Assembly (NCBI GenBank): GCA_903940425.1
Contig: CAJAKX010000052.1
Span: 1 to 62,077 of the forward strand
Direction of reading: 5' to 3'
Source of the DNA: an uncultured Opitutia bacterium
GTDB lineage: Bacteria > Verrucomicrobiota > Verrucomicrobiia > Opitutales > Opitutaceae
DNA length: 62,077 nucleotides
Below the pieces are notes generated by a model. That model was not told the origin of the DNA and made no database searches. It saw only the letters and a list, made by a program, of their open reading frames with translations. A program made the position numbers and the translations under genes. Below, piece by piece: positions 8,618-17,889 of this stretch (position 1 is the stretch's first letter; each line of letters opens with the position of its first letter).

Positions 8618-9487
8618 TTAAGGGTGTATCTGCTTGGCTTGGTCAAATTCAAGATTCCGGGAGCCCGACGGGTTCATATAGCTCGCGACTTCAAAATGGG
8701 TCGGAGGCGGTTGGTAATCTGCCATGATATCGATCGTGATACGTCCATAGTTCTTGCCATCGAAAATGTAGTACGAACGGTTTATTTGAGGGGTCCAACG
8801 TTTCGTGTTTGCCGGCATGCTGATCACGATTGAGGACTGGTAGCCGCCGGCGGGAGCTTCGTAGGGATATATGTCCGAGGTTTCGATTAGCCCACCACCA
8901 GAGATCCCAAGAGTCAGCGTCCAGTCAAAAGGTTTTCCTCGGTCTATATTTATCGGGTTCCGAGTGAGGACGACGACAAGATTTCCGGCGTCGCGATGGC
9001 CGGTCAAGGGATCAAATCGCCTGGGAGTTCCGTCACACGCAAGTCCAGCTTCGATCTGGGTTCTAAGCATGGGCTCCGCTCCATGGAGTTTCCAAATTGA
9101 GAGGATCGCAGGCTTGTTTGGGTCGGGAACGTAATCTTTTGGCCGACTAGCGAAGGACTGTCTTTGATTAAACTCGTATCTGTTCTTCTCCAATAAGTAT
9201 CCGCAGCCTGCACCGTGAATTCCGGTGAAGCTAAACCGTCCCTCGGCATCGCTTACGGTGTAGTATTTTTGTCCGCCGCTATGGGTGGGTCCTTCGTATG
9301 TACCTACGCCTGCGGTGACGCTCACGCCTTCGACAGGGTGATTATCTTGGTCAACGATCTTGCCGTGAAAGTCCATGGACTTGTGGTTTTCAGACCACAT
9401 CCACGCCTTCATTCTTACGATCTTGGGATCACACCCTGTAGAAAGGAGCGCCATGACGAAGAGTGCCACGATGAGGGGTTTGTTCAT
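8618..9487 (-). CDS. Predicted lipoprotein with carboxypeptidase-regulatory-like (CarboxypepD_reg) beta-sandwich domain
   Basis: Signal peptide plus lipobox MNKPLIVALFVMALLSTGC. GKIVDQDNHPVEGVSVTA...YTVSDAEGRFSFTG resembles the CarboxypepD_reg fold signature. The gene and its flanks are visibly much lower in GC than the rest of the window. Confidence 0.75.
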   Translation of the reverse strand: MNKPLIVALFVMALLSTGCDPKIVRMKAWMWSENHKSMDFHGKIVDQDNHPVEGVSVTAGVGTYEGPTHSGGQKYYTVSDAEGRFSFTGIHGAGCGYLLEKNRYEFNQRQSFASRPKDYVPDPNKPAILSIWKLHGAEPMLRTQIEAGLACDGTPRRFDPLTGHRDAGNLVVVLTRNPINIDRGKPFDWTLTLGISGGGLIETSDIYPYEAPAGGYQSSIVISMPANTKRWTPQINRSYYIFDGKNYGRITIDIMADYQPPPTHFEVASYMNPSGSRNLEFDQAKQIHP

Positions 9488-9940
9488 AGATTCGTAACTC
9501 CCTTAGGCTATCAGACTTTTGAATATTTCAAAGGATTCTTTCCGGCTCGTTTTTCTGCCACACGCGCTAGAAATTTTCCCTACTCCTGCTCCTCTGTCGT
9601 TGTGATCGTTTCGCGCAGCTCGCACGCCCACTTCCGCCCAAGTTTCTGTTTTGGCCGTCGTATGTTTTCACTCGCAGCGCCGCTGCGATATCACCCACGC
9701 GCTGCCGCCATTTCTTGGCCGAAGGCGACACCCAGGCGAACACCCGCGAGCACTTACGCCACGACCTGACCGACCGCCGGTCGTACTCCACCCGCCGGCA
9801 GCCCATCCGTAGATGTTGGCGCATCATGAACAGGGCCAGCGTTCGCTCACCGATCCATGGTTGAAAACGCCCTTAGCTGGCGTCCCGTTATCCGGTTTGA
9901 CCCGCCGGCCTTCCTCGCGGAAAGTGGTGGGCGCCCAACC

Positions 9941-10879
9941 ATGTCCCTCGACTCCATCAAGCAAGCTCTCCTCGCTTCGTACGAAGCCCACGGCGGCATC
10001 AATCATTTCGACGGCACCAACCTGCCTTCCGAGGAGTCGGTCAACCGGCTCGCCTCGGATCTGATGCATGTGCTCTTCCCGGGGTTTTTCGAGCAGAGCC
10101 CCGTCACCCGCCGGAGTGTGGGCACCCTCATCGAGCGGCGCCTCGGGGAAATCGCCACGCGCATGACCACTGAGATCGAGAAGTGCCTGCGCTTTGCCCG
10201 TGATCCCCAGCCGGGCACGCGGGCGCGCGAGCTCGCCATGGAAACGCTCGGCCGCCTGCCGGAAGTGCGCCAGATCATCCAGACCGACGTCACCGCCGCC
10301 TACCATGGCGACCCCGCCGCGCGCAGCATCGAGGAGATCATCCTCGCCTATCCCTGCGTCCTGGTCATCTCGCTCCAGCGCATCGCGCACGTGATGTACC
10401 AGCTCGGCGTGCCGCTCCTGCCGCGCATGCTCACGGAATACGCCCACGAGCGCACCGGCGCCGACATCCATCCCGGCGCGCAGATCGGCCCGCACTTCTT
10501 CATCGACCACTGCACCGGCGTCGTCATCGGCGAAACCGCGCGCATCGGCGCCCATGTGAAAATGTACCAGGGCGTCACCCTGGGCGCGAAGTCGTTCGAA
10601 CTCGATGCCGACGGCAACCCGGTCAAGGGCGTGAAACGCCACCCGGACGTCGAGGAGCACGTGACGATCTACGCGCACGCCACCATCCTCGGTGGCGACG
10701 TCTGCATTGGCGCCCATTCCATTGTCGCGGGCAATGTCTGGCTGGTCGGCCAGTCCGTGCCTCCGCACAGCATCGCCTATAACAAAGGCGAAGGTCTGGT
10801 CATTCGTCCGCGCCGGAAGAAGGAGTCCGCCGTCGTCACGGCCGCCGATCTCAAGGACGGGGCCGATTGGGTGATTTGA
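9941..10879 (+). CDS. cysE: Serine O-acetyltransferase (long form)
   Basis: ORF 9857..10879 trimmed to ATG 9941 (MSLDSIKQALL). Hexapeptide-repeat core DIHPGAQIGPHFFIDHCTGVVIGETARIGAHVKMYQGVTLG is the SAT signature. Confidence 0.9.
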   Translation: MSLDSIKQALLASYEAHGGINHFDGTNLPSEESVNRLASDLMHVLFPGFFEQSPVTRRSVGTLIERRLGEIATRMTTEIEKCLRFARDPQPGTRARELAMETLGRLPEVRQIIQTDVTAAYHGDPAARSIEEIILAYPCVLVISLQRIAHVMYQLGVPLLPRMLTEYAHERTGADIHPGAQIGPHFFIDHCTGVVIGETARIGAHVKMYQGVTLGAKSFELDADGNPVKGVKRHPDVEEHVTIYAHATILGGDVCIGAHSIVAGNVWLVGQSVPPHSIAYNKGEGLVIRPRRKKESAVVTAADLKDGADWVI

Positions 10880-10900
10880 AGGGGTCGCCCCGCTGGCGGC

Positions 10901-11974
10901 CTAGAACCCAAAGATCCGGTCCTGCCGGGCGGCGAGACTGCCGGCCAGGTCCCGCGCAAAAAACGGTCCGCGATAGATCATGCCGGTGTAGACCTGCACC
11001 AGCGTGGCCCCGGCGTCGAGTTTCTCGCCGGCTGATGCGGCGTCCGTGATTCCGCCCGAGCCGATGATCGGCAGCTTCCCGTTCGTGGCGCGCGCCACGT
11101 AATTGATGATCTCCGTCGAACGCCGCGCCAGCGGGCGGCCGCTCAGGCCGCCGGCCTGGTTCACGGTGGCGAACGGTCCCGGTCTCGCCAGGGTGGTGTT
11201 GGTGGCGATGATGCCGTCGAGACCGAACTCGGCGATGACCGCCAGCGCGGCATCGATCTGGAGAAAATCCAGGTCCGGCGCGATCTTCAGCAGCAGCGGC
11301 CGGCGCGGCTTCCCGGCCGTCAGGCGCGCGTGATTGGCGTTCGCCAGGGCCGGGAGCAGCTCCCGGAGCCAGGATTCCTCCTGCAGCCGGCGCAGATCAG
11401 GGGTGTTGGGGCTGCTGACATTGATGACGAGGTAGTCGGCGTGATCGGCGAGCAGTTCGAAGCTGCCCAGGTAGTCCTGCACGGCCTTGTCGAGCGGCGC
11501 CGCCCGGGACTTGCCCAGGTTGATGCCGAGCGGGATGCGCCGCGCGCCGGCCGGGATCTGCCCGGCAAGGCGGCGGGCCACGGCCTCGGCGCCCGCGTTG
11601 TTGAAACCCATGCGGTTGATCACCGCCTCGTGCTCCGGATAGCGGAAGACGCGAGGCCGGTCGTTGCCCGGCTGGCGCAGCAAGGTCACCGTGCCGATCT
11701 CGATGTGACCGAATCCGAGCGCCGCCGCCCCGCGCCAGGCCACGCCATTCTTGTCAAAACCCGCCGCCAGTCCCACGGCGTTGGGAAAGCGAAGGCCAAA
11801 GCACTCGATCGGCCGCGCATGCGCCGCCGGCCGCTGCGCCCACGCCTCCAGGACGCGCCGAAGCGGCGCCACCGAGCCGAGCAGCGCCATCGCCTGCACG
11901 CCCCGCTCATGGGCCACCTCCGGATCGAGCGTGAACATCGCGGGCCGGACGAGTTTCTCGTAGATGAACCCCAT
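10901..11974 (-). CDS. pyrD: Dihydroorotate dehydrogenase (quinone), class 2
   Basis: 357 aa. GLRFPNAVGLAAGFDKNG, GFGHIEIGTVT, NVSSPNTPDLRRLQ and IIGSGGI are class-2 DHODH motifs. Confidence 0.93.
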   Translation of the reverse strand: MGFIYEKLVRPAMFTLDPEVAHERGVQAMALLGSVAPLRRVLEAWAQRPAAHARPIECFGLRFPNAVGLAAGFDKNGVAWRGAAALGFGHIEIGTVTLLRQPGNDRPRVFRYPEHEAVINRMGFNNAGAEAVARRLAGQIPAGARRIPLGINLGKSRAAPLDKAVQDYLGSFELLADHADYLVINVSSPNTPDLRRLQEESWLRELLPALANANHARLTAGKPRRPLLLKIAPDLDFLQIDAALAVIAEFGLDGIIATNTTLARPGPFATVNQAGGLSGRPLARRSTEIINYVARATNGKLPIIGSGGITDAASAGEKLDAGATLVQVYTGMIYRGPFFARDLAGSLAARQDRIFGF

Positions 11975-12215
11975 GTCGCCAAAGTGCGGTCCGCACCGTA
12001 AAACTCAAGCCTGCCCCGAACCCTGCCATCCACCCGGATTTTGTGCTTGTTTTTTGCCCCACCCTTCACACCCTGCGCACCGATTTCGTCCCCAAGACCC
12101 GCGGGAAGGACGTTCTCAAAGCCAGCACCGTTTTTTTTCGCGCTGCGGGGTTGACTCCGTCGTCAAGCGGGCTTTTTGGTGCACGAAAACCAATCGCACT
12201 CCTTTCCTCCTGTTT

Positions 12216-13046
12216 ATGGCCAAAGCCGCTCCCCAACTTGAATGGTGCATCGTCCGCCTCGGCGAAGACCACAACTGGTGGGTCGAAGAAGTCAGTGATC
12301 CCGTGCGCTGGGACGTGGACGGCCTGAGCCTCATCGATCCGCGCCAGGTGCAGCACATCATCGATCTCATCGAGCCGATGCGCGATTATGGCTTTGACCA
12401 GGATGTCATGGAGCGGGCGTTTTTCCCCTTCCGTATCGAAAGGGACCTCGGGGCGGGCCGCGTGCGCCTGACCCGGGTGAAGGACTCGCTCTTCGAGTCG
12501 GAGGACAAGCTTTTCGCCCTGCCCGACCTGCTCGACGAGGAAAACGGACCCTATGCCGACTTTCTCGATCACATCACGCGCATGCGTGTGAAGATGCTCA
12601 ACGATCTCTTCGACTTTGAGCAGAAGCTCAGCGTCGACGAGGTGGAGGACGAGATTCGCGAGGTCCGGAACATCGACTTCATGGAGGGCAAGGCCGTGCA
12701 CGTGTTCACCGAGATCACGGCCATTCTCGACTACGCGCCCGCCGGCTGGGAAGGGGAAGAAGAGGGCGAGCGCCCCGCCAGAAAGGAGGACGAACTGGAT
12801 GATGCAGACCTGCCGGCCCTCGACGAGGCGGAGGAGGAGCGTCTCAAGAACGACCAGTCGCTCAAATGGGACGAGGACGAAGAGGACCTCAAGGATGACG
12901 AGCTTGATGCGGAAGGCCACAAGCGCGCTCCGGAGGACAAGGACAAAGACAAGGACAAGGGCGAAGAGGACGACGAGGAGGAAGCTGACGACGATCTCGA
13001 GGAGGGAGAGCCGCCGCGCCGCCGCAGCGGCCGCGGCCGGAGCTAG
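12216..13046 (+). CDS. Hypothetical acidic protein with Asp/Glu/Lys-rich C-terminal tail
   Basis: ORF 11964..13046 trimmed to ATG 12216 (MAKAAPQLEWCIVRLGEDHNWW), since the upstream part overlaps the pyrD start region. No family recognised. The tail reads EDKDKDKDKGEEDDEEEADDDLEEGE. Confidence 0.65.
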   Translation: MAKAAPQLEWCIVRLGEDHNWWVEEVSDPVRWDVDGLSLIDPRQVQHIIDLIEPMRDYGFDQDVMERAFFPFRIERDLGAGRVRLTRVKDSLFESEDKLFALPDLLDEENGPYADFLDHITRMRVKMLNDLFDFEQKLSVDEVEDEIREVRNIDFMEGKAVHVFTEITAILDYAPAGWEGEEEGERPARKEDELDDADLPALDEAEEERLKNDQSLKWDEDEEDLKDDELDAEGHKRAPEDKDKDKDKGEEDDEEEADDDLEEGEPPRRRSGRGRS

Positions 13047-13199
13047 GCTGGTTCCCCTTGGGGGTTGTCACCCGATCGACGGCGCGTGGCGCCGCCGGTT
13101 TTGTTGCCGGGGTGCTCGGCCGAAAATGCCTTTGACAATTTCCCGCGCCGCCGATTGCTTTCATTGGGCCGCACCCACCCGCCGCTCCACCCTAACGAC

Positions 13200-14234
13200 A
13201 TGGCCAGCAATTTGTTTGGTTATTTTTCGAACGACATCGGGATCGATCTCGGCACGGCGAACACTGTCGTCTACGTGAAGGACAAGGGCATCGTCCTTCG
13301 CGAACCTTCGGTGGTCGCCATCAGCACTGCCTCCCGCAGGGTTCTGGCTGTCGGCGAAGAGGCTAAGCGCATGCTTGGCCGCACGCCTGGCAATATCCAG
13401 GCCATCCGCCCGATGAAGGATGGCGTCATCGCCGACTTCGATATCACGGAGGCCATGCTCCGCTACTTCATCCGCAAGGTGCACACCAACTCCTTCCGTG
13501 TGGCGCCGCGCGTCATCATCGCCATCCCCTCGGGCATCACCGAGGTCGAAAAACGCGCCGTGAAAGAGTCGGCCACGCACGCGGGCGCCCGCGAGGTGCT
13601 CACCATCGAGGAGCCCATGGCCGCCGCGATCGGCGTCGGCCTGCCGGTCGATGAGCCCGCCGCCAACATGATCGTCGACATCGGCGGCGGCACCACCGAG
13701 ATCGCCATCATCTCCCTCGCCGGCGTCGTGTTCTCCAAATCCATCCGCGTGGCGGGCGACGAGCTCGACACCGCCATCATCAATTACATGAAGCGGGCCT
13801 ACAACCTCCTGATCGGCGAGCGCACCGCTGAGGAGATCAAGATGAAGATCGGCTCCGCCTATCCGCTCGAGGAGGAGCTTTCCATGGAGGTCAAGGGCCG
13901 CGACTCCGTCGCCGGTCTGCCGAAGACCATCCACATCACCTCGCAGGAAATCCGCGAATCCCTCGGCGACACCATCGCCGCCATTGTCGATGCCGTGCGC
14001 AACGCCCTTGAGCGCTGCCCGCCCGAGCTTTCGGCCGACCTCGTCGACCGCGGCTTCGTGATGGCGGGCGGCGGCTCGCTGCTCCGCGGCATCGATCGCC
14101 TGCTCAGCGACAAGACGGGCCTGCCCGTGACCGTCGCCGACGACCCGCTCAGCGCCGTCGCCAACGGCACTGGCACGGTGATCAGCGATCTGAACTTCCT
14201 GCTGCCGCACTTCACGAGCGAGGCGAAGAACTGA
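13200..14234 (+). CDS. mreB: Rod shape-determining actin homologue MreB
   Basis: Trimmed to ATG 13200 ([25 protein letters not shown]). [15 protein letters not shown] and [13 protein letters not shown] are actin-fold phosphate and adenosine motifs. Confidence 0.95.
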   Translation: MASNLFGYFSNDIGIDLGTANTVVYVKDKGIVLREPSVVAISTASRRVLAVGEEAKRMLGRTPGNIQAIRPMKDGVIADFDITEAMLRYFIRKVHTNSFRVAPRVIIAIPSGITEVEKRAVKESATHAGAREVLTIEEPMAAAIGVGLPVDEPAANMIVDIGGGTTEIAIISLAGVVFSKSIRVAGDELDTAIINYMKRAYNLLIGERTAEEIKMKIGSAYPLEEELSMEVKGRDSVAGLPKTIHITSQEIRESLGDTIAAIVDAVRNALERCPPELSADLVDRGFVMAGGGSLLRGIDRLLSDKTGLPVTVADDPLSAVANGTGTVISDLNFLLPHFTSEAKN

Positions 14235-14412
14235 CCCGCCGCGCGGCCGGCAGGAAAGAGGTTCCATGGATGCCGCGCCCGTTTGCGTGTCATGCCGGGC
14301 GGGCATGTCCGGCCGGGTCTTGGTGCCCGCCCCACCCCGCTCCCTTCCACCTCCGGCCATAAAATATTCGGATCGATTCGCGCACTCCGCGGATTAACGT
14401 CTCCCGCTGACC

Positions 14413-15243
14413 GTGCCCTCCAAACGCTTCGATCAAGCCAAGCCCTTTGTCGTCCTGGGGATCGTCGTGCTCACATGGATCCTGCTCCCTGTGGCGGTGA
14501 AATCGTTTCTCCGGGCGGGCTTCTACGAGCTGCAGGCGCCCATCCAGGTCACCGCCTCCTACGCGCGCGACCTGCAGGAGTACTGGGCGGAGCGCACGCA
14601 TTCGAACAAGGAGCTCATGGAGGCCGGACGCGAACTCCGGCATGTCTATGCCGGCTACGAATTTCAAGCCCAGCAGGTGGAGGCCCTGCGCGCCGAGATC
14701 GCGCGCCTCGAACAGCTCCTCCGCCTGCCGTCAGATCCCCACTACCGGTTCGAACCGGCGCGCGTCGCGCAGCGCGACTTCTCCGGGTGGTGGCAGAAGC
14801 TCGTCATCCGCAAGGGCGCCAATTACGGCATCCCGGCGGGCGCGCCCGTTGTTTACAGCGGCGGCGTCGTCGGCCGCGTGCGCGCGGTCCATGCCTACAC
14901 CGCGGACGTCGATCTTGTCACGAGTCCCAGCGTGCGCCTCGCGGCCACCATCGAGAACGACACCCGTCCCGTGAGCTATCAGGGCGGCGACAACCCGCCG
15001 CTGGCCCCCGCCCGCGGCATCGTGGAGTTCGTGCCGCCGGACATTTTCACCAGCGCCAAGGACCCCAAACGGCTGGTCACCTCCGGCCTCGGCGGGATGT
15101 TTCCTCCCGGCCTGACCATCGGCTACATCACCCGGCTCGAGGCCAGCACCGACGGCCTGTTCAAGAGCGGCGAGGTTGCGCTCGACCCGCGCCTGTCCGA
15201 ACTCACCGAGGTCACCGTGCTCGTGCCACTGAATCCGGAATGA
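14413..15243 (+). CDS. mreC: Rod shape-determining protein MreC
   Basis: GTG start, N-terminal TM helix (FVVLGIVVLTWILLPVAV), coiled-coil, then beta-barrel domain (GIPAGAPVVYSGGVVGRV...FPPGLTIGYI). Lies immediately after mreB. Confidence 0.88.
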   Translation: MPSKRFDQAKPFVVLGIVVLTWILLPVAVKSFLRAGFYELQAPIQVTASYARDLQEYWAERTHSNKELMEAGRELRHVYAGYEFQAQQVEALRAEIARLEQLLRLPSDPHYRFEPARVAQRDFSGWWQKLVIRKGANYGIPAGAPVVYSGGVVGRVRAVHAYTADVDLVTSPSVRLAATIENDTRPVSYQGGDNPPLAPARGIVEFVPPDIFTSAKDPKRLVTSGLGGMFPPGLTIGYITRLEASTDGLFKSGEVALDPRLSELTEVTVLVPLNPE

Positions 15244-15309
15244 TCGCCGCGTTCGCCCTTCACCTTCCCGGCTAGCGCCCTTTGTTTTTCGCCCCCCGAC
15301 TTTCATCCC

Positions 15310-15834
15310 ATGCACCGCCGCTGGTTGATCACCTTCGCCTCCACCTTCCTGCTCTGGTCGGTGGTGGTGCAGCTCAACCATTATCTGGCGCCGCTGGGCG
15401 CCTATCTTTTTATCGACGGGCTGCTGGTGGCCTTCGCCGCCCTGCGGCTGAGTCTGCGCAACGGTCTCCCGGCCACGCTGCTCATGGGGCTGAGCATCGA
15501 TGCGGCCGAGCCGGTGCCCTTCGGCACGCATCTCCTGCTTTTCGCCGTGATGCACATCATCATCTTTCACCTCCGGACGCGGATCCCGCGCGAGGAGACG
15601 GTCATCGGGGTGGTCGTCGCGCTGCTGGCCAACCTGGCGCTCATTCTCGGCCTCTCCTTCGTGACCTTGGGCAACCATCCCGCGGCCGGCGCCGCCTGGA
15701 TGCGGATCTTCGCCGATCTGGGCTGGTCGCAGCTCTTCATCGTGGCCATCGCCCCGTGGTTTTTCGCCCTCCAGGAGCGCGCGCTGGAGCTCGGCCGGGT
15801 CGACCTCGCCGAGGAAAGCCGCCGGCCCTTTTGA
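15310..15834 (+). CDS. mreD: Rod shape-determining protein MreD
   Basis: 174-aa polytopic hydrophobic protein directly after mreC. Size, position and hydropathy fit MreD. Confidence 0.75.
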   Translation: MHRRWLITFASTFLLWSVVVQLNHYLAPLGAYLFIDGLLVAFAALRLSLRNGLPATLLMGLSIDAAEPVPFGTHLLLFAVMHIIIFHLRTRIPREETVIGVVVALLANLALILGLSFVTLGNHPAAGAAWMRIFADLGWSQLFIVAIAPWFFALQERALELGRVDLAEESRRPF

Positions 15835-15930
15835 AACCGCCTGCGGACATGCCGCCCCACCGCGATGTTGACGGAACCCTGCCCATCCTGAATCTGCGCT
15901 GCGCAACCTTCATCCCGCGCCCTTCGTACC

Positions 15931-17889
15931 GTGAGCGTCATTGAAACCTACAAACCGCAGCGCCCGCGCCTCCTGCTTTTTCATTTCCTGATCGGCGGGA
16001 TGGTGCTGGTCCTCGCGGCCGGCCTCGCCTACCGGCAGCTCCTCCGGGCGGGCGCCTACGGCGAACGCGAGCGCCTCCAGAACCAGCGCCGCGTGCTGGT
16101 GCCCGGACCGCGCGGCAACATTTACGACCGCCACGGCCGCCTGCTCGTGGGCAATCGTTCACGGTTCGCCGTCACGCTCTATCTTGACGAGCTGCGCCGG
16201 GAATTCCGCACCGAGTACATCGAGACCGTCCGCCATTATCGCGAAAGCGAGGCGGAGGGCGACATCGCCCGGAGCGACCGGCCGTCGCCCGGCCAGCTTG
16301 AGCAGATTGCCCGCGCCCATGTGGTCCAGCGCTACCTGGACCAGATCAACCGGCTGTTGGGCCGTGATGAAAAGGTCGATCTGCGCGAACTCAACCGCCA
16401 CTTCCAGCAGCAGCTCCTGCTGCCCTACATCCTGCTTGACGACCTGAAGCCCGAGGAATTCGCCCGCCTGATCGAGCGGCTCCCTGTCGAATCGCCGCTG
16501 CAAGTCTACACCTCCAGCATTCGTTTCTATCCCTATGGCTCCGCCGCCGCGCATACGCTTGGCTATGTCGGCACCAGCGAGGAAATCTCCGTGGAGGACC
16601 TGCCGGGCGAGGACCTCAAGACCTATTCCTTCAAGGGCACGGTCGGCCGCGACGGACTCGAGCTGCGGTTCGACTCCCTGCTCCAGGGCAAAACCGGCGG
16701 CGCGATCTACCGGGTCGATCCGGCCGGCTTTCGCGTCAATGAGCCCAAGGAAAAGCGCGCCCCCGTTCAGGGGCACAATCTCTATACCAGCCTCGACATC
16801 GACCTGCAACTCGCCGCCGAGCGACAGATGCAGGAGATCGGCGATTTCAAGGGTGCCGCGGTTGCCCTTGACGTGCGCACCGGCGAGGTGCTCGTGCTGG
16901 CGAGCAAGCCCGACTATGACCTGAATGTGTTCTCGCCGCGCCTGAGCGCCGCCGCCGCCGAGGACATCAACGCGCGTGAAGCCTGGACCAACCGGGCGAT
17001 CGGCGGCGTCTATCCGCCCGGCTCCACGTTCAAACTCGTCGTCACCCTGGCCGGCCTGCGCAGCGGCCGGCTGACGTCCGACGCCTCCCCCGCTGATTGT
17101 GACGGCACCATGCGGATTGGCGGCCGCACCTTTTACTGCGACAACGGCCATGGCCACCACGGTATCATCGCCCTCCGCGAGGCCATCGCCCAGAGCTGCG
17201 ATATTTTCTTCTACACCTGCGGACTGCAGATCGGCCCCGACCTGATCGCCGCCGAGGCCCGCCGACTCCATCTCGACCAACCCACCGGCATCGATCTGCC
17301 CCATGAGGCCCGGCGCATGCTCATCCCCGATCCGGAATGGAAGAAGCGTACGACGGGGGATCCCTGGTTTGCCGGCGATACCGCCAACATGGCCATCGGT
17401 CAGGGCTTCATGGGGGTCACGCCCCTTGGGATGGCGTGCTTTGTCGCCTCGCTCGCGCGCGGCGAAACCACCACCAAGCCCACGCTCGTTCACGTTCCGG
17501 AACGGCCGCCCCAGCACACCGAACCCATCGGCCTCGCGCCCGGCCAGTACGCCGCCATCCTCGATGGCATGGAAGGCTGCACCACGCGCGGCACCGCCAA
17601 GATTCTCGCCACGAATTTCCTGCGCATTCCCGGCCTGCGGCTCGCCGGCAAGACCGGCACCGCCCAAGTCGGCCCGCAGAATGCCATCATCAACATCGCC
17701 TGGTTTGTCTGCTTCGCGCCCATCGATGATCCCCAGATCGCCGTGGCCGTAGCCATCGAGGGCGACACTCCGGGCGAAAACTTCGGCGGCGGCCGTTATG
17801 CCGCGCCGGTGGCCCAAGCCGTGCTGAAGACGTGGTTTGAGAAAAGCCAGCACGCCGGCGCGTCCGCGGCGCGCCTCACCGCCAACTGA
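15931..17889 (+). CDS. mrdA: Penicillin-binding protein 2 (elongasome transpeptidase)
   Basis: 652 aa with an N-terminal TM helix. PPGSTFK is the SxxK active site and KTGTA the third motif. Follows mreBCD. Confidence 0.93.
   Translation: MSVIETYKPQRPRLLLFHFLIGGMVLVLAAGLAYRQLLRAGAYGERERLQNQRRVLVPGPRGNIYDRHGRLLVGNRSRFAVTLYLDELRREFRTEYIETVRHYRESEAEGDIARSDRPSPGQLEQIARAHVVQRYLDQINRLLGRDEKVDLRELNRHFQQQLLLPYILLDDLKPEEFARLIERLPVESPLQVYTSSIRFYPYGSAAAHTLGYVGTSEEISVEDLPGEDLKTYSFKGTVGRDGLELRFDSLLQGKTGGAIYRVDPAGFRVNEPKEKRAPVQGHNLYTSLDIDLQLAAERQMQEIGDFKGAAVALDVRTGEVLVLASKPDYDLNVFSPRLSAAAAEDINAREAWTNRAIGGVYPPGSTFKLVVTLAGLRSGRLTSDASPADCDGTMRIGGRTFYCDNGHGHHGIIALREAIAQSCDIFFYTCGLQIGPDLIAAEARRLHLDQPTGIDLPHEARRMLIPDPEWKKRTTGDPWFAGDTANMAIGQGFMGVTPLGMACFVASLARGETTTKPTLVHVPERPPQHTEPIGLAPGQYAAILDGMEGCTTRGTAKILATNFLRIPGLRLAGKTGTAQVGPQNAIINIAWFVCFAPIDDPQIAVAVAIEGDTPGENFGGGRYAAPVAQAVLKTWFEKSQHAGASAARLTAN

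Noticed and set aside
9567-9827. 86-aa ORF on the minus strand (MMRQHLRMGCRRVEYDRR...) as a real gene or transposase fragment.
   Set aside because: It is an Arg-rich implausible peptide with no RBS and no motif. Its high wobble GC is shared with the plus-strand frame, so the coding strand cannot be decided. It is reported only as a gene remnant under the islet finding.
7960-9860. Direct repeat of the tRNA-Leu 3' end (att site) that would delimit the low-GC islet as an integrated element.
   Set aside because: I found no second copy of the tRNA 3' segment (GGTTCGACTCCCGCCCTGAGCACCA, or 12 nt or more of it) between 8000 and 9900 by eye. The island boundaries therefore remain compositional only.
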